A stretch of 64,000 nucleotides of DNA from Spartobacteria bacterium (GTDB taxonomy: Bacteria; Verrucomicrobiota; Verrucomicrobiia; Chthoniobacterales; UBA6821). The translations under genes were made by a program, and so were the position numbers. The stretch is from assembly GCA_947482345.1 (NCBI GenBank), contig CANKJN010000005.1, positions 102 through 64,101 on the forward strand, written 5' to 3'. Of the stretch, positions 1-8,802 are shown one piece after another. The notes under the pieces were generated by a model. The model saw nothing but the letters and a program-made list of their open reading frames with translations. It was not told where the DNA came from and searched no databases. Position 1 is the stretch's first letter. The number at the start of each line of letters is the position of its first letter.

Positions 1-47
1 CAACCAAGTCTCTCATAGCACCTGGTACGAAAAACGGGGGCACTCCA
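1..47 (-). mobile_element. Probable IS3-family terminal sequence inserted into the ISL3 transposase; runs off the window edge
   Basis: Minus strand from 47 reads TGGAGTGCCCCCGTTTTTCGTACCAGG, resembling IS3-family 5'-TG ends. The ISL3-like protein similarity stops at this point. Confidence 0.45.
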
Positions 48-201
48 CCCCAACCTCCGGACTTCGCTCCCGATCCCATAGTTGCTTGGTCTCTGCTATC
101 TCCAACTTCACCACCCCGCTCTCCCGATCAAATTCGCATCCCCTTACCTCCCAACTCATCCCCAAACCAAGCAACTCGTGAAATAGCTTTTCTGGTGTCA
201 T
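13..201 (-). pseudogene. ISL3-family transposase N-terminal fragment
   Basis: MTPEKLFHELLGLGMSWEVRGCEFD resembles ISL3 transposase N-termini. It terminates after 62 aa. An ISL3-like end (GGTTCTTCGC) lies just upstream at 245 on the minus strand. Confidence 0.7.
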
Positions 202-245
202 CCCACCTTCTTACCAACCTCACCCACTGAAAACAGCGAAGAACC
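48..245 (-). mobile_element. ISL3-family element, left end and start of transposase, inserted in IS481
   Basis: Minus strand from 245 reads GGTTCTTCGCTGTTTTCAG, typical of ISL3 GG(C/T)TCT ends. It coincides with the point where the IS481 ORF turns into non-transposase sequence. Confidence 0.6.
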
Positions 246-647
246 ATCTCCGATGCTACCTCCCAGCGATGCTCTTCGCTTGCGCCGCTTCTCGACCAAG
301 CCGGTCTTCTCAAAGACCCGCTTGAAGCTGCTCTCACTCGGTGTCTGCCCATGCCTCCTTCGGTAAATCTCCTGCAACTTGCGTGCTCCCCAGTGCATGT
401 GCTTCATCCGCAACTTCACCATCTCACAGACGATATCCTCATTGAGTTCTTGGGGAGAGGTCTTGGGGCGACGACTACGCTCCTCCATCCTCCCCATCCC
501 CTCTTCAAGAAGGCGGTTCTTCCACTTGTAGCCCACTCTCGGACTGATCCCGTACTCCCGGCACAAGGCTCGAAAGTTGTCTGTTTGAAGCGCTCGAAGC
601 GCGAACTCGGTTCTCTGGCTCATCAGGTCTAGGTGTTGCCACGGCAT
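198..647 (-). pseudogene. IS481-family transposase, truncated (HTH part only, no DDE domain)
   Basis: MPWQ...RTEF...LCREYGISPRVGYKWKNR...SRRPKTSP...WGARKL is a classic IS481 N-terminus. The ORF is cut by the ISL3 end. Confidence 0.85.
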
Positions 648-678
648 AGTCTCTTACCCTGCCAGTAAGAGCCCCAAG

Positions 679-730
679 GTGTTACCTATGTCCTGAACCT
701 ATTGTGTTACCCATGTCCTGAACCTGTACC
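679..730 (-). mobile_element. IS481-type left end with tandem subterminal repeats
   Basis: Two copies of GGTTCAGGACAT(G/A)GGTAACAC with a 25-bp period, upstream of the IS481 ORF. Confidence 0.7.
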
Positions 731-1005
731 CTGAAAGCTGAAACTTGAAACCTGAAGGATGACCGGCGACTGACACAATCTGCTGACCGCGACAGAACTT
801 GGACTCCAACGGGATGAACCCGTTGGGGGACGGGGAATGGGAAAAGCTGGGGGATCTCAGCAACTCAGATAGGCCGCCATCTTGCTATAAGTCATCTCTT
901 TCGTCTTCGGAGTTCGGGTTAAAACACAGCGATGAGTAATTCCTCGACGCGCAGCCCTCGGGAGGACATGGCATTGTATTGTTTAATACGACGTTTCATG
1001 CATGA

Positions 1006-1791
1006 ATGGTAGGAATGTTGCCTCTGATCGGACGAGAGACTCTGCAGGTGGTTTCCGGATTCGGCGATTTCGCCCTCTTTACCGGAAGGTCTTTTCGTTC
1101 CGTACTGCATACCAGAAGGATCGGCCGCCGGATCATTCGGTCACTCCATGAGCAGGGAACCGTCTGCCTCCCTGTCATCCTGATCGTCGGGATCTTCACG
1201 GGGCTCGTCCTCGGACTGCAGGGATACCATGTCCTGAACCGCTTCGGTTCGGAGGGACTGCTGGGGGCTCTGGTCTCCCTGAGTCTGGTGCGCGAGATGG
1301 CTCCGGTCCTTGCAGCCCTCATGCTGGTCGGTCAGGCCGGATCGGCTCTTGCTGCGGAACTCGGGATGCAGCGTAACACGGAGCAGATCGTGGCGCTGGA
1401 GACAATGGGTGTGAGCAGTCACGGATACCTGGTGGCCCCGCGCCTGATCGCGTCGGTGCTCTCATTCCCGATCCAGGCGGCTCTCTTCGTGGTTGTCGGA
1501 CTATGGGGCGGCGCCCTCTCCGGGTCGCTTCTGCTCGGAGTCGATTCGGGGGTCTACTGGTCCTCCGTGGAGCGGGCCGTGGAGTCGCGTGACCTCAGGG
1601 AATGCTTCGTGAAGGCGGCATCGTTCGGCCTGCTCTCCGTTGCCATCTGCGCCTATCAGGGCTTCCATGCCGACCGGAACCGCTCGGCAAGCGGAGCCAG
1701 GGCCGTCAGCGCCGCCACGACCCGGGCGGTGGTTTATTCCAGCATCATCATTCTGGTGGCCGATTACGTCGTCAGCTCCTTCTTCATCTGA
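1006..1791 (+). CDS. mlaE: MlaE-family lipid asymmetry ABC permease
   Basis: GLVLGLQG, REMAPVLAALMLVGQAGSALAAELG and EQIVALETMG motifs; first gene of the mla operon. Confidence 0.92.
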   Translation: MVGMLPLIGRETLQVVSGFGDFALFTGRSFRSVLHTRRIGRRIIRSLHEQGTVCLPVILIVGIFTGLVLGLQGYHVLNRFGSEGLLGALVSLSLVREMAPVLAALMLVGQAGSALAAELGMQRNTEQIVALETMGVSSHGYLVAPRLIASVLSFPIQAALFVVVGLWGGALSGSLLLGVDSGVYWSSVERAVESRDLRECFVKAASFGLLSVAICAYQGFHADRNRSASGARAVSAATTRAVVYSSIIILVADYVVSSFFI

Positions 1792-1793
1792 TC

Positions 1794-2588
1794 ATGAGTG
1801 TCGCTGATCCGGGATGCGTGCTTGAGGTGAAGGGGCTGCGGAAGAGCTTCGGCGGCCGCGTCGTTCTCGACGGCATCGATCTTGCGGTGCCCCGGGGAAG
1901 TGTCTTCACCGTGCTGGGACCCAGCGGAACGGGGAAGTCCGTCTTTCTCAAGTGCCTTGCCAATGTCCTCCATCCCGATGCGGGACGGATCAGTTTCGAC
2001 GGCCGTCCCCTGGGTGCCGATCCCGCCGCCCGTGCCAGCTTCCGGAAGCGCTGCAGCTTCCTGTTCCAGAGCAATGCCCTCTTTGATTCCCTGACCGCCC
2101 TGGAGAATGTGGCCCTTCCGCTCGAGCAGACCACGGATCTGGGGGAGAAGGAGATCCGAGAGCGGAGTCGGGAAGCGTTGCGTCAGCTGGAAATGGACGA
2201 GCACCGCAATCAGTACCCGGGCCGGTTGTCGGGAGGGATGCAGAAGCGGCTTGCCCTTGCCCGTGCGATCGTGACCCGTCCCGAGCTTGTGCTCTTCGAC
2301 GAACCGACGGCCGGGCTTGATCCTCTCCGCAGGAACGCGGTCTTCGCCATGATTGCGAAATATCAGAGGCGTTTCAGTTTCACCGCGCTGGTGGTCACCC
2401 ACGACGTGCCCGAGGCTCTGGTTGCCAGCGACCGGGTGGCCCTGCTTGATCACGGGCGGATCTGCTTCGAGGGAGTCCCCTCGGAGTTCAGCGCCTCCAC
2501 CCACCCGGTTGTCTCGGCATTCCGTGACAGCGCGGATGCCCTCGCCCGGTCGCTTGCCACGATCCGTCGCGACACAGCGGCCCTCTGA
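1794..2588 (+). CDS. mlaF: MlaF-family ABC ATP-binding protein
   Basis: Walker A GPSGTGKS, signature LSGGMQKR, LFDEPTAGLDP, VTHD. Start taken at ATG 1794, right after the mlaE stop. Confidence 0.92.
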   Translation: MSVADPGCVLEVKGLRKSFGGRVVLDGIDLAVPRGSVFTVLGPSGTGKSVFLKCLANVLHPDAGRISFDGRPLGADPAARASFRKRCSFLFQSNALFDSLTALENVALPLEQTTDLGEKEIRERSREALRQLEMDEHRNQYPGRLSGGMQKRLALARAIVTRPELVLFDEPTAGLDPLRRNAVFAMIAKYQRRFSFTALVVTHDVPEALVASDRVALLDHGRICFEGVPSEFSASTHPVVSAFRDSADALARSLATIRRDTAAL

Positions 2589-2594
2589 CGATTT

Positions 2595-3113
2595 ATGAAA
2601 AACACCAAACTTGAACTTTCCGTCGGGATCTTCGTGATCCTGGGGATCGCGGCGATCGCCTACATGACGATCAAGCTGGGGACAGGATCGATGGTCGGCG
2701 GCGACACCTATCTGATCGAGACCCGCTTTGCGAATGCGGGCGGCATCCACGCGGGCAGCAGCGTGCTGATGTCCGGAGTCACCGTAGGACGGGTGGAAGG
2801 AGTGAGGATGGAACCCTCCGATTACAGTGCCATCGTGACGTTGCGCCTGCTCTCCGGACTGAGGCTTCCCACCGATTCCATGGCTTCCGTCAAAACCTCC
2901 GGCCTGATCGGCGACAAATACGTCGCCCTTTCCCCGGGTGCCGAGGAGGAGTATCTCAAACCCGGCGAAAGGATCACCATGACGGAATCGGCGGTGGATC
3001 TGGAGTCATTGATCGGAAAAATGGCTTTCGGATCGGTCTCCAAAAACGATAAAGAGACCAAGGAAAAGGATTCCAAAGAGACCAAGGAGAAAGTCAAAAA
3101 AAACAACCCATGA
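2595..3113 (+). CDS. mlaD: MlaD (MCE domain) lipid-binding protein
   Basis: ELSVGIFV transmembrane segment, FANAGGI...V...GVTVGRV, VKTSGLIGDKYVALSPG. Confidence 0.92.
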   Translation: MKNTKLELSVGIFVILGIAAIAYMTIKLGTGSMVGGDTYLIETRFANAGGIHAGSSVLMSGVTVGRVEGVRMEPSDYSAIVTLRLLSGLRLPTDSMASVKTSGLIGDKYVALSPGAEEEYLKPGERITMTESAVDLESLIGKMAFGSVSKNDKETKEKDSKETKEKVKKNNP

Positions 3114-3700
3114 ACCCACGATCCCTGCTGCTCCTGATTCTGCCGTTCCTGCTGATCCAGGGTGCCCTCCGCGCCTCCACCGAGGAGGCCGAGAAGCGCC
3201 TGAAAGCCTCCGTCGACAAGGTGGTTGCCGTAGCGAAGAGCGCCCCCGACCGCAAGGCCCTGATCGCGGGCGTGAAGCCGGTCCTTGAGAATATCCTCAG
3301 CTTCGATGCAATGACCCGTCGGGCCGTCGGTCCCGGATGGCGGCAGTTCACGCCCGAGCAGCAGAAGGAGGCGATCGGTCTCTTCACGACCCTCATTCTC
3401 CGCACCTACACCGCGAAGTTCACGCCTGGTGAACTCCCTGCCGTGGAATACAAGACGGCCTCCTCCACTGCGCCCAACCGCGTCGAGATCCCCACCACGT
3501 TACTCTACAAGGGGAGCCGTTACGACGTGATCTACCGTCTCGAGGAAACGGACGGCGCCCCCTGGAGGATCACCGACGTGGTAATCGAGGGGGTCAGCAT
3601 GGTTGCCAACTACAGGACGCAGTTCGACTCCCAGTTCAAGCAGGGTGGTGCGGACGCCGTGATTACCGCCCTCAACCGCTCCGTGTCCGAATCAAAGTAG
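3110..3700 (+). CDS. mlaC: MlaC/ttg2D periplasmic lipid-binding protein
   Basis: Signal peptide, FDAMTRRAVGPGW, WRITDVVIEGVSMVANYRTQF. Confidence 0.9.
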   Translation: MNPRSLLLLILPFLLIQGALRASTEEAEKRLKASVDKVVAVAKSAPDRKALIAGVKPVLENILSFDAMTRRAVGPGWRQFTPEQQKEAIGLFTTLILRTYTAKFTPGELPAVEYKTASSTAPNRVEIPTTLLYKGSRYDVIYRLEETDGAPWRITDVVIEGVSMVANYRTQFDSQFKQGGADAVITALNRSVSESK

Positions 3701-3820
3701 GAGCAACCACGGATGCTATCACGGCATCACCGCTCCTGTGAAAAGGAGGGGAGGTTTTCCAGATTGCACCGCCGGATGAAATGCCCCGGAGTCATCCCCG
3801 ATGAACCATCCCATCACTAA

Positions 3821-4094
3821 GGAAGCGCTGATTAAATCCCATGAAGGCCGCTGAAGAGCATTTGCTGATTTTTGAAGGCGCGAGTGCTGGGCGATACCCG
3901 CAGCGGTCTCGCCCGAGCAAGCAACGCAGCAAAAATCGACAAATGACTTTAGCCCTGCGGGTTGCGGAGATAACAGGCCGGGGGCTGTGTTGGCTTGGCG
4001 GTTACAGCCCACTGCGGGGATGCGCCCACGAAGCCGCCTTGCCCGCGGCCAGTTCTTCCCGCAACGGCCTCTATGCGATTTAATCAACGCTTCC
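3821..4094 (+). mobile_element. IS5-type MITE, copy 1 (274 bp)
   Basis: Terminal inverted repeats (TIRs) GGAAGCGCTGATTAAATC / GATTTAATCAACGCTTCC, flanked on both sides by CTAA (3817-3820, 4095-4098). No transposase. Confidence 0.88.
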
Positions 4095-5365
4095 CTAACT
4101 GCATCGCGACCGTCGCCGGTCGTGAGAAGTGGATCGTGCTCGGGATGCTCTGGCTTGTCTGCCTGCTCAACTACGCCGACCGTCAGGCGATCAGTAGTCT
4201 CTTTCCGCTTCTGGAGCGTGATTTCGGCTTCACTAAGGCGCAACTCGGACTAATCGGCAGCGCCTTCATGTGGGTCTACGCCGCCTCGGCTCCCTTTGCC
4301 GGATATGCGGGCGACCGCGGTTCCCGCAAGGGGCTGATCCTGGGAGGATGTCTCTTCTGGAGTCTCATGACCGGGGCGACCGGTTGGTGCGGTCGTCTCT
4401 GGCATTTCGTCGCGGCGCGTGCCCTGATCGGGTTGGGGGAGCCGGTTTATTTTCCGGCGGCCGCCTCGATGCTCTCGGACTACCATGGTCCCCGCACCCG
4501 CTCGACGGCCCTCTCATTCCACCAGTCGGCGGTCTACATCGGAACGATCGCCGGAGGATGGCTCGGAGCATTGCTGGCCGAGCGCTACGGGTGGCAGTGG
4601 GCCTTCTACGGATTCGGAGGTGCCGGCATCGTGGTTGCCCTGCTCCTCTGGTGGCGCCTGCGCGAGCCGATCCGCGGGGCATCGGAGGATGTCCCGCTGC
4701 AACCGCACGATAAGCATCAAGGGATCCTGCCGACATTCCGGGGATTGCTCGGGCGTCCGGTGGTGCTGCTACTCATGGGGGCCTTTGCCTGTGCGAATGC
4801 GGTGGGATCCATTTTCCTGATTTGGGCCCCGACCTTCCTTTTCGAGAAATTCCAACTCGGCTTGGTGGCTGCCGGTTTCTCGGCCGTGGCCGCGATCCAG
4901 CTTGCCAGCGCGGTGAGCGCCCCGCTCTCGGGGATGCTTGCCGATCGCTTGTCGCTCACGATCCCGGGAGCGCGGATGCTGGTGCAGGCGGTCGCGCTGA
5001 TGGCGGGATCATTCTGCGTGGTGCTCGTCGGTCGTGCCCCGACCATGGAGGCACTGATGGGTGCGATGGTCTGCTTCGGCCTCTGCAAGGGAGCGTATGA
5101 CGGCGGGATCTTCGCCTCGGTCTTTGACTTTGTGAGTCCGCAGGAGAGAGCCTCGGTCGCCGGCCTGATGAATCTCCTCGGATGGGGTGGCGGTGCGCTC
5201 GGTCCGGTGGCGATCGGTTTGGCCGCCACCTATGGCGCGGGGCCACAAATGGAACGGATGAGCGGGGCGATCGCCTGGAGCGGTCTCGCCTACCTCGCGG
5301 CGGCGGGACTGATCATCACCGCCTTCTCGTGTTACCGGACCAGGTTATTCCCAAGGCCGCACTGA
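4073..5365 (+). CDS. MFS transporter (ACS/Spinster-like); native 5' end split by the MITE
   Basis: LLNYADRQAIS, AGYAGDRGSRKG and ARALIGLGEPVYFPAA MFS motifs, with about 12 hydrophobic segments. The original ATG is probably at 3801; an in-frame ATG at 4073 lies inside the MITE. Confidence 0.85.
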   Translation: MRFNQRFPNCIATVAGREKWIVLGMLWLVCLLNYADRQAISSLFPLLERDFGFTKAQLGLIGSAFMWVYAASAPFAGYAGDRGSRKGLILGGCLFWSLMTGATGWCGRLWHFVAARALIGLGEPVYFPAAASMLSDYHGPRTRSTALSFHQSAVYIGTIAGGWLGALLAERYGWQWAFYGFGGAGIVVALLLWWRLREPIRGASEDVPLQPHDKHQGILPTFRGLLGRPVVLLLMGAFACANAVGSIFLIWAPTFLFEKFQLGLVAAGFSAVAAIQLASAVSAPLSGMLADRLSLTIPGARMLVQAVALMAGSFCVVLVGRAPTMEALMGAMVCFGLCKGAYDGGIFASVFDFVSPQERASVAGLMNLLGWGGGALGPVAIGLAATYGAGPQMERMSGAIAWSGLAYLAAAGLIITAFSCYRTRLFPRPH

Positions 5366-6159
5366 CGCGCCATCTCGGCGGGATCGGAGGGCCGGTGCAC
5401 GAGGGAGGCCAGATAGCTGTCGGTGCGAGAAGGCAGGGTGCGGTTGATGTTCGTGGGATTTTCCAATCGGGAGAAGAGCATGCGGCGGATCTTGGAGCGT
5501 GGCACCGATTTCTCGCCGTAGCCGCCGGGGATGTTGCTGGACCAGAAGCGGAGATGGTCGACGCCCTCCTTTGTTTCCGTGCCGAGGTAGATGACGGAGT
5601 GGCCGTGCTCGGTGGAGCCGATGGCATCGCTCCAGAAGATCTTCATGAAGTCGCCGGGGAGCGCCGTGCGGAGATCGGTGAAGTTGGGGCCGAGGCCCAG
5701 TTCGTGAAACAGTCGGGCGGTGCCGGGACCGTTCGCATTCCAGCGTCCCCAGATGCCGGTACCGTCGGGTTGTCCGGCGGGTCGGAGTACCGCCGCGATC
5801 TCCGGCGCGAGGGTGAGTTTTCCCGAGGATTGGAGTCCGGAGAGTGTCTTCAGAAAGACCAGGTAAGTGGCCCCCGAGCAGTAGCTCGGGATGGCGCGGG
5901 AGGCATCAACCTTAAGGCTGCCATCAGAAGCGGTGACTGCTTGGTTCAGTGCGCGGTTCGCGGCGGGGGAGGTGGAGTAGCCTCCTTTGACCGGCATCTG
6001 CCTCACGGATTCAAGGATAAGGCGATTCATGAGAGGAAGGGTGTTGTCATCCGCGTGCAATGGATTCATGAAACAGGTAGCCATCGCCAGTATCCGCACG
6101 ACCCGTGAGCTCATCGTCATCATTACCACGAAGCATCGACAAATCACCCCGCTTCGCAA
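5332..6159 (-). CDS. Secreted NlpC/P60-like papain-fold protein
   Basis: Signal-like N-terminus (start probably 6114-6123). SYCSGATY (Cys), PGDFMKIFW and HGHSVIYLG (His) follow the NlpC/P60 pattern. Confidence 0.6.
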   Translation of the reverse strand: MRSGVICRCFVVMMTMSSRVVRILAMATCFMNPLHADDNTLPLMNRLILESVRQMPVKGGYSTSPAANRALNQAVTASDGSLKVDASRAIPSYCSGATYLVFLKTLSGLQSSGKLTLAPEIAAVLRPAGQPDGTGIWGRWNANGPGTARLFHELGLGPNFTDLRTALPGDFMKIFWSDAIGSTEHGHSVIYLGTETKEGVDHLRFWSSNIPGGYGEKSVPRSKIRRMLFSRLENPTNINRTLPSRTDSYLASLVHRPSDPAEMARQCGLGNNLVR

Positions 6160-6791
6160 GGGTGATCCTCGTCCCTTGTATCATTCTGCTCCTGCTGATC
6201 CTGATCGCATCGTGGCTCTGGTGCCGGCGGGGACCGATCGCGGGATCCGGGGGAATGCCGATCCCGGGCGAGATCGTGATCGGGGTGCCGCAGTTCCATC
6301 AGGGTGACGCCAGATGGAGGAACGACCGGTTGGCCGACACTCCCGGCAGTCTCGGAGGGGAAGGATGTGCAGTCTGCTCGGCGTCGATGGTTCTCTCCCA
6401 CTACGGCATGGATCTCGATCCGCGGCGCCTGAACCGCCTCCTCAGGGAGAACAACGGCTATGAGGGGCGGGGATGGCTGAGGTGGGAGTCGGCGGCGGAG
6501 TTCACTCCCGGATTGGTGGAGAAGGCCTATGAGGATCTCCCCTCGTATGCCCTCATCGACTGGAATCTCCTGCGGGGTAATCCGGTGATCATCCGCATCC
6601 GCCGCCCCGACGGGATCACCCACTTCGTGGTGATCATGGGAAAGCGAGGGTTCGACTACCTGATCCGTGATCCCGCCGGATCGGGCGGGGGGAGAATTTA
6701 CCCCCTCAAGGAACTGGGTGTGCCGGTGGAAGCCCTCAGGTATTACAGGAGGCTTTTCAGCTTACGGGAGGTTTCAGTTCGGTCGAGTTGA
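6105..6791 (+). CDS. C39-like peptidase with N-terminal membrane anchor
   Basis: PQFHQGDARW, GCAVCSASMVLSHYG, THFVVIMG, LIRDPA. Confidence 0.8.
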   Translation: MSSSSSLPRSIDKSPRFARVILVPCIILLLLILIASWLWCRRGPIAGSGGMPIPGEIVIGVPQFHQGDARWRNDRLADTPGSLGGEGCAVCSASMVLSHYGMDLDPRRLNRLLRENNGYEGRGWLRWESAAEFTPGLVEKAYEDLPSYALIDWNLLRGNPVIIRIRRPDGITHFVVIMGKRGFDYLIRDPAGSGGGRIYPLKELGVPVEALRYYRRLFSLREVSVRSS

Positions 6792-7135
6792 CTGGAAGCT
6801 ACGGCGAGGACGAAAGATACCCATTCATCCGCATCGAGACGTTCCTCGGCAAGAAGCCCGTTTTCACTAAGAAAGACCAGGCATGTCGCGAGTGCCGTCC
6901 GCTTGTTTCCATCGATGAAAGGGTGATTGCGGCAGATATAGAAAAGATATGCAGCAGCGATGTCCACCGGGTCGGTGAAGAGTGGTTGCCCCATCATTGT
7001 GGCTTTGGGGGCGGCGATTGCCGATTCCAAGAGTGCCTCGTCTCGGAGGCCTGCCGAACCACCATGTGCCTCCAGCACCGCGAGGTGGATTGATTTCACC
7101 GCTTCCACCGTGGGGTGGGCGAGAGGCTCGTTCAT
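6743..7135 (-). CDS. doc: Doc (Fic-family) toxin
   Basis: HPFIDGNKRT Fic/Doc motif; GLRDEALLESAIAAP. Confidence 0.9.
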   Translation of the reverse strand: MNEPLAHPTVEAVKSIHLAVLEAHGGSAGLRDEALLESAIAAPKATMMGQPLFTDPVDIAAAYLFYICRNHPFIDGNKRTALATCLVFLSENGLLAEERLDADEWVSFVLAVASSQLDRTETSRKLKSLL

Positions 7136-7359
7136 GAAAGCCGCTTAAAGAGGTCGGAATTCTTTCCGATCAATTTTTTGGCCGTGGTAGCCGCCGATTT
7201 GGGCGTGATGACGGGACGGATCGGAGTCAGGACAATGGATCCCCCCTCATGAATACTGATGGAGATCTGATCCCCGACAGCAAGACGGGCGAGATCCATC
7301 AAGGCGGCATCGAACATGACACCCTGAGAGTTACCGATTTTTGAAATCGCCTTGATCAT
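7132..7359 (-). CDS. AbrB/MazE-type antitoxin
   Basis: MIKAISKIGNSQGV swapped-hairpin motif; 4-bp overlap with doc. Confidence 0.88.
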   Translation of the reverse strand: MIKAISKIGNSQGVMFDAALMDLARLAVGDQISISIHEGGSIVLTPIRPVITPKSAATTAKKLIGKNSDLFKRLS

Positions 7360-7421
7360 GGAGTAAAACTAAGTTTAACTCCGGCCTCGGTCAAGAGTTA
7401 GCTTGAAAAAGCCCTCGGTTC

Positions 7422-8693
7422 TTATGCCCAGCCGGTCGGTTTCCTTACCGTGAATAGTAGCGCCAGCAGGCTGACCGCCGCCATGATGGCGAGGTAAAGA
7501 CCGACCGACCAGAGTCCGTGACTGATGGCAAGCGAGGTTGCCGCATAGGGCGCGAGGGAGGCTCCGAGGATGCCGGCCAGATTGAACGCCAGGGAAGAGC
7601 CGGTGTAGCGGATCTCCACGGGGAAGAGCTCCGAGAGGAAGGTACCCAGCGGCGCATAGGTCATTCCCATTAGGATGAACCCGATGATCAGGGTGGCCAT
7701 GACACCCGGGAATCCCGCCGAGAAGAGGGGGCCGAAGCAGAGTCCGAAAACAAGGATCGCTGCGGAAGATACGATGAGCATCACTCTTCGTCCGATCCGC
7801 TTGGCCAACCATGCGGAACAGGGAATCGACAACCCGAAGAAGAGGACGCCGACCAACTGGATCACGAGGAAATCTTCCCGGGTGTAGCCCAGGGTGGTGG
7901 TCCCCCACGAGAGGCAGAAGACCGTCAGCAGATAGAAGATGACAAAGGTGGCCACGGCTCCGAGTGTGGCCAGAAGGAGGAGGGCCAGGTGACTGCGGAA
8001 GACCTCAATCATCGGCACGGCGACATGCCCCCGTCGGGCAGTCACCTCAAGGAACGCGGGGGTCTCGGTGATATGCAACCGGACATAGAGGCCAACAAGG
8101 ACCAGCAGGCTGCTTGCGAGGAACGGGATCCGCCATCCCCAACTCAGGAAGTGCTCGTTATCGAGGAAGGCGGTGAGAAGGAGGAAGATGCCCCCTGAGC
8201 AGAGAAATCCCAACGGAGCACCGAGTTGGGGGAACATCCCGTACCAGTCGCGCTTCCCCGGCGGCGCGTTCTCCGTGGCGAGCAGGATGGCCCCACCCCA
8301 TTCCCCTCCGAGGCCGAATCCCTGGCCGAAGCGGCAGAGCGCTAGCAGTACGGGAGCCGCCAGTCCGATCGATGCGTAAGTGGGGAGTAGTCCGATCGCG
8401 ACCGTCGAGAGTCCCATGGTAAGCAGAGCCGCCACCAGGGTTGCCTTCCGGCCGATGCGGTCGCCGAAGTGTCCAAACACGGCCGATCCGACCGGGCGGG
8501 CGAAGAAAGCCAAGGCGAAGGTGGCGAGTGATTGTAGCGTCGCCGCCGTGGCATCCGAGGAGGGAAAGAAGAGCTTCGGAAAGACGAGGACCGCCGCCGT
8601 GGCATAGATGTAGAAATCAAAGAACTCGATGGCGGTTCCCGCTAGGCTGGCCGTAAGGATCCTGGCCGTGGAATTGGTCGCGGGGGGTGACAT
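7422..8693 (-). CDS. MFS transporter, MHS (metabolite:H+ symporter) family
   Basis: GTAIEFFDFYIY, RPVGSAVFGHFGDRIGRK, QGFGLGGEWGGA, WGWRIPF. Confidence 0.92.
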   Translation of the reverse strand: MSPPATNSTARILTASLAGTAIEFFDFYIYATAAVLVFPKLFFPSSDATAATLQSLATFALAFFARPVGSAVFGHFGDRIGRKATLVAALLTMGLSTVAIGLLPTYASIGLAAPVLLALCRFGQGFGLGGEWGGAILLATENAPPGKRDWYGMFPQLGAPLGFLCSGGIFLLLTAFLDNEHFLSWGWRIPFLASSLLVLVGLYVRLHITETPAFLEVTARRGHVAVPMIEVFRSHLALLLLATLGAVATFVIFYLLTVFCLSWGTTTLGYTREDFLVIQLVGVLFFGLSIPCSAWLAKRIGRRVMLIVSSAAILVFGLCFGPLFSAGFPGVMATLIIGFILMGMTYAPLGTFLSELFPVEIRYTGSSLAFNLAGILGASLAPYAATSLAISHGLWSVGLYLAIMAAVSLLALLFTVRKPTGWA

Positions 8694-8802
8694 GGAAAAG
8701 GAGGGAAAAAAGCTGAAACGCTAAAAAGCTGAAATGGAAATCAGGAAAAAGGTCGATGCACCGATCGGTTCCCGCGGCATCCCCCAATTTTTCATTCTCC
8801 TC

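Noticed and set aside
679-724. Tandem ~22-bp repeats as a possible mini-CRISPR (also 34821-34866)
   Set aside because: Only two units with 3-bp spacers, no cas genes, and located at an IS481 end.
3051-3093. Direct repeat AAAGAGACCAAGGA in the mlaD 3' end
   Set aside because: A short local duplication encoding a charged tail, with no sign of function.
3841-4083. ORFs MKAAEEHLLIFEGASAG... here, at 42486-42833, and a variant at 49806-50120
   Set aside because: They are translations of the MITE arms, differ in length and frame between copies, and are not credible as a protein family.
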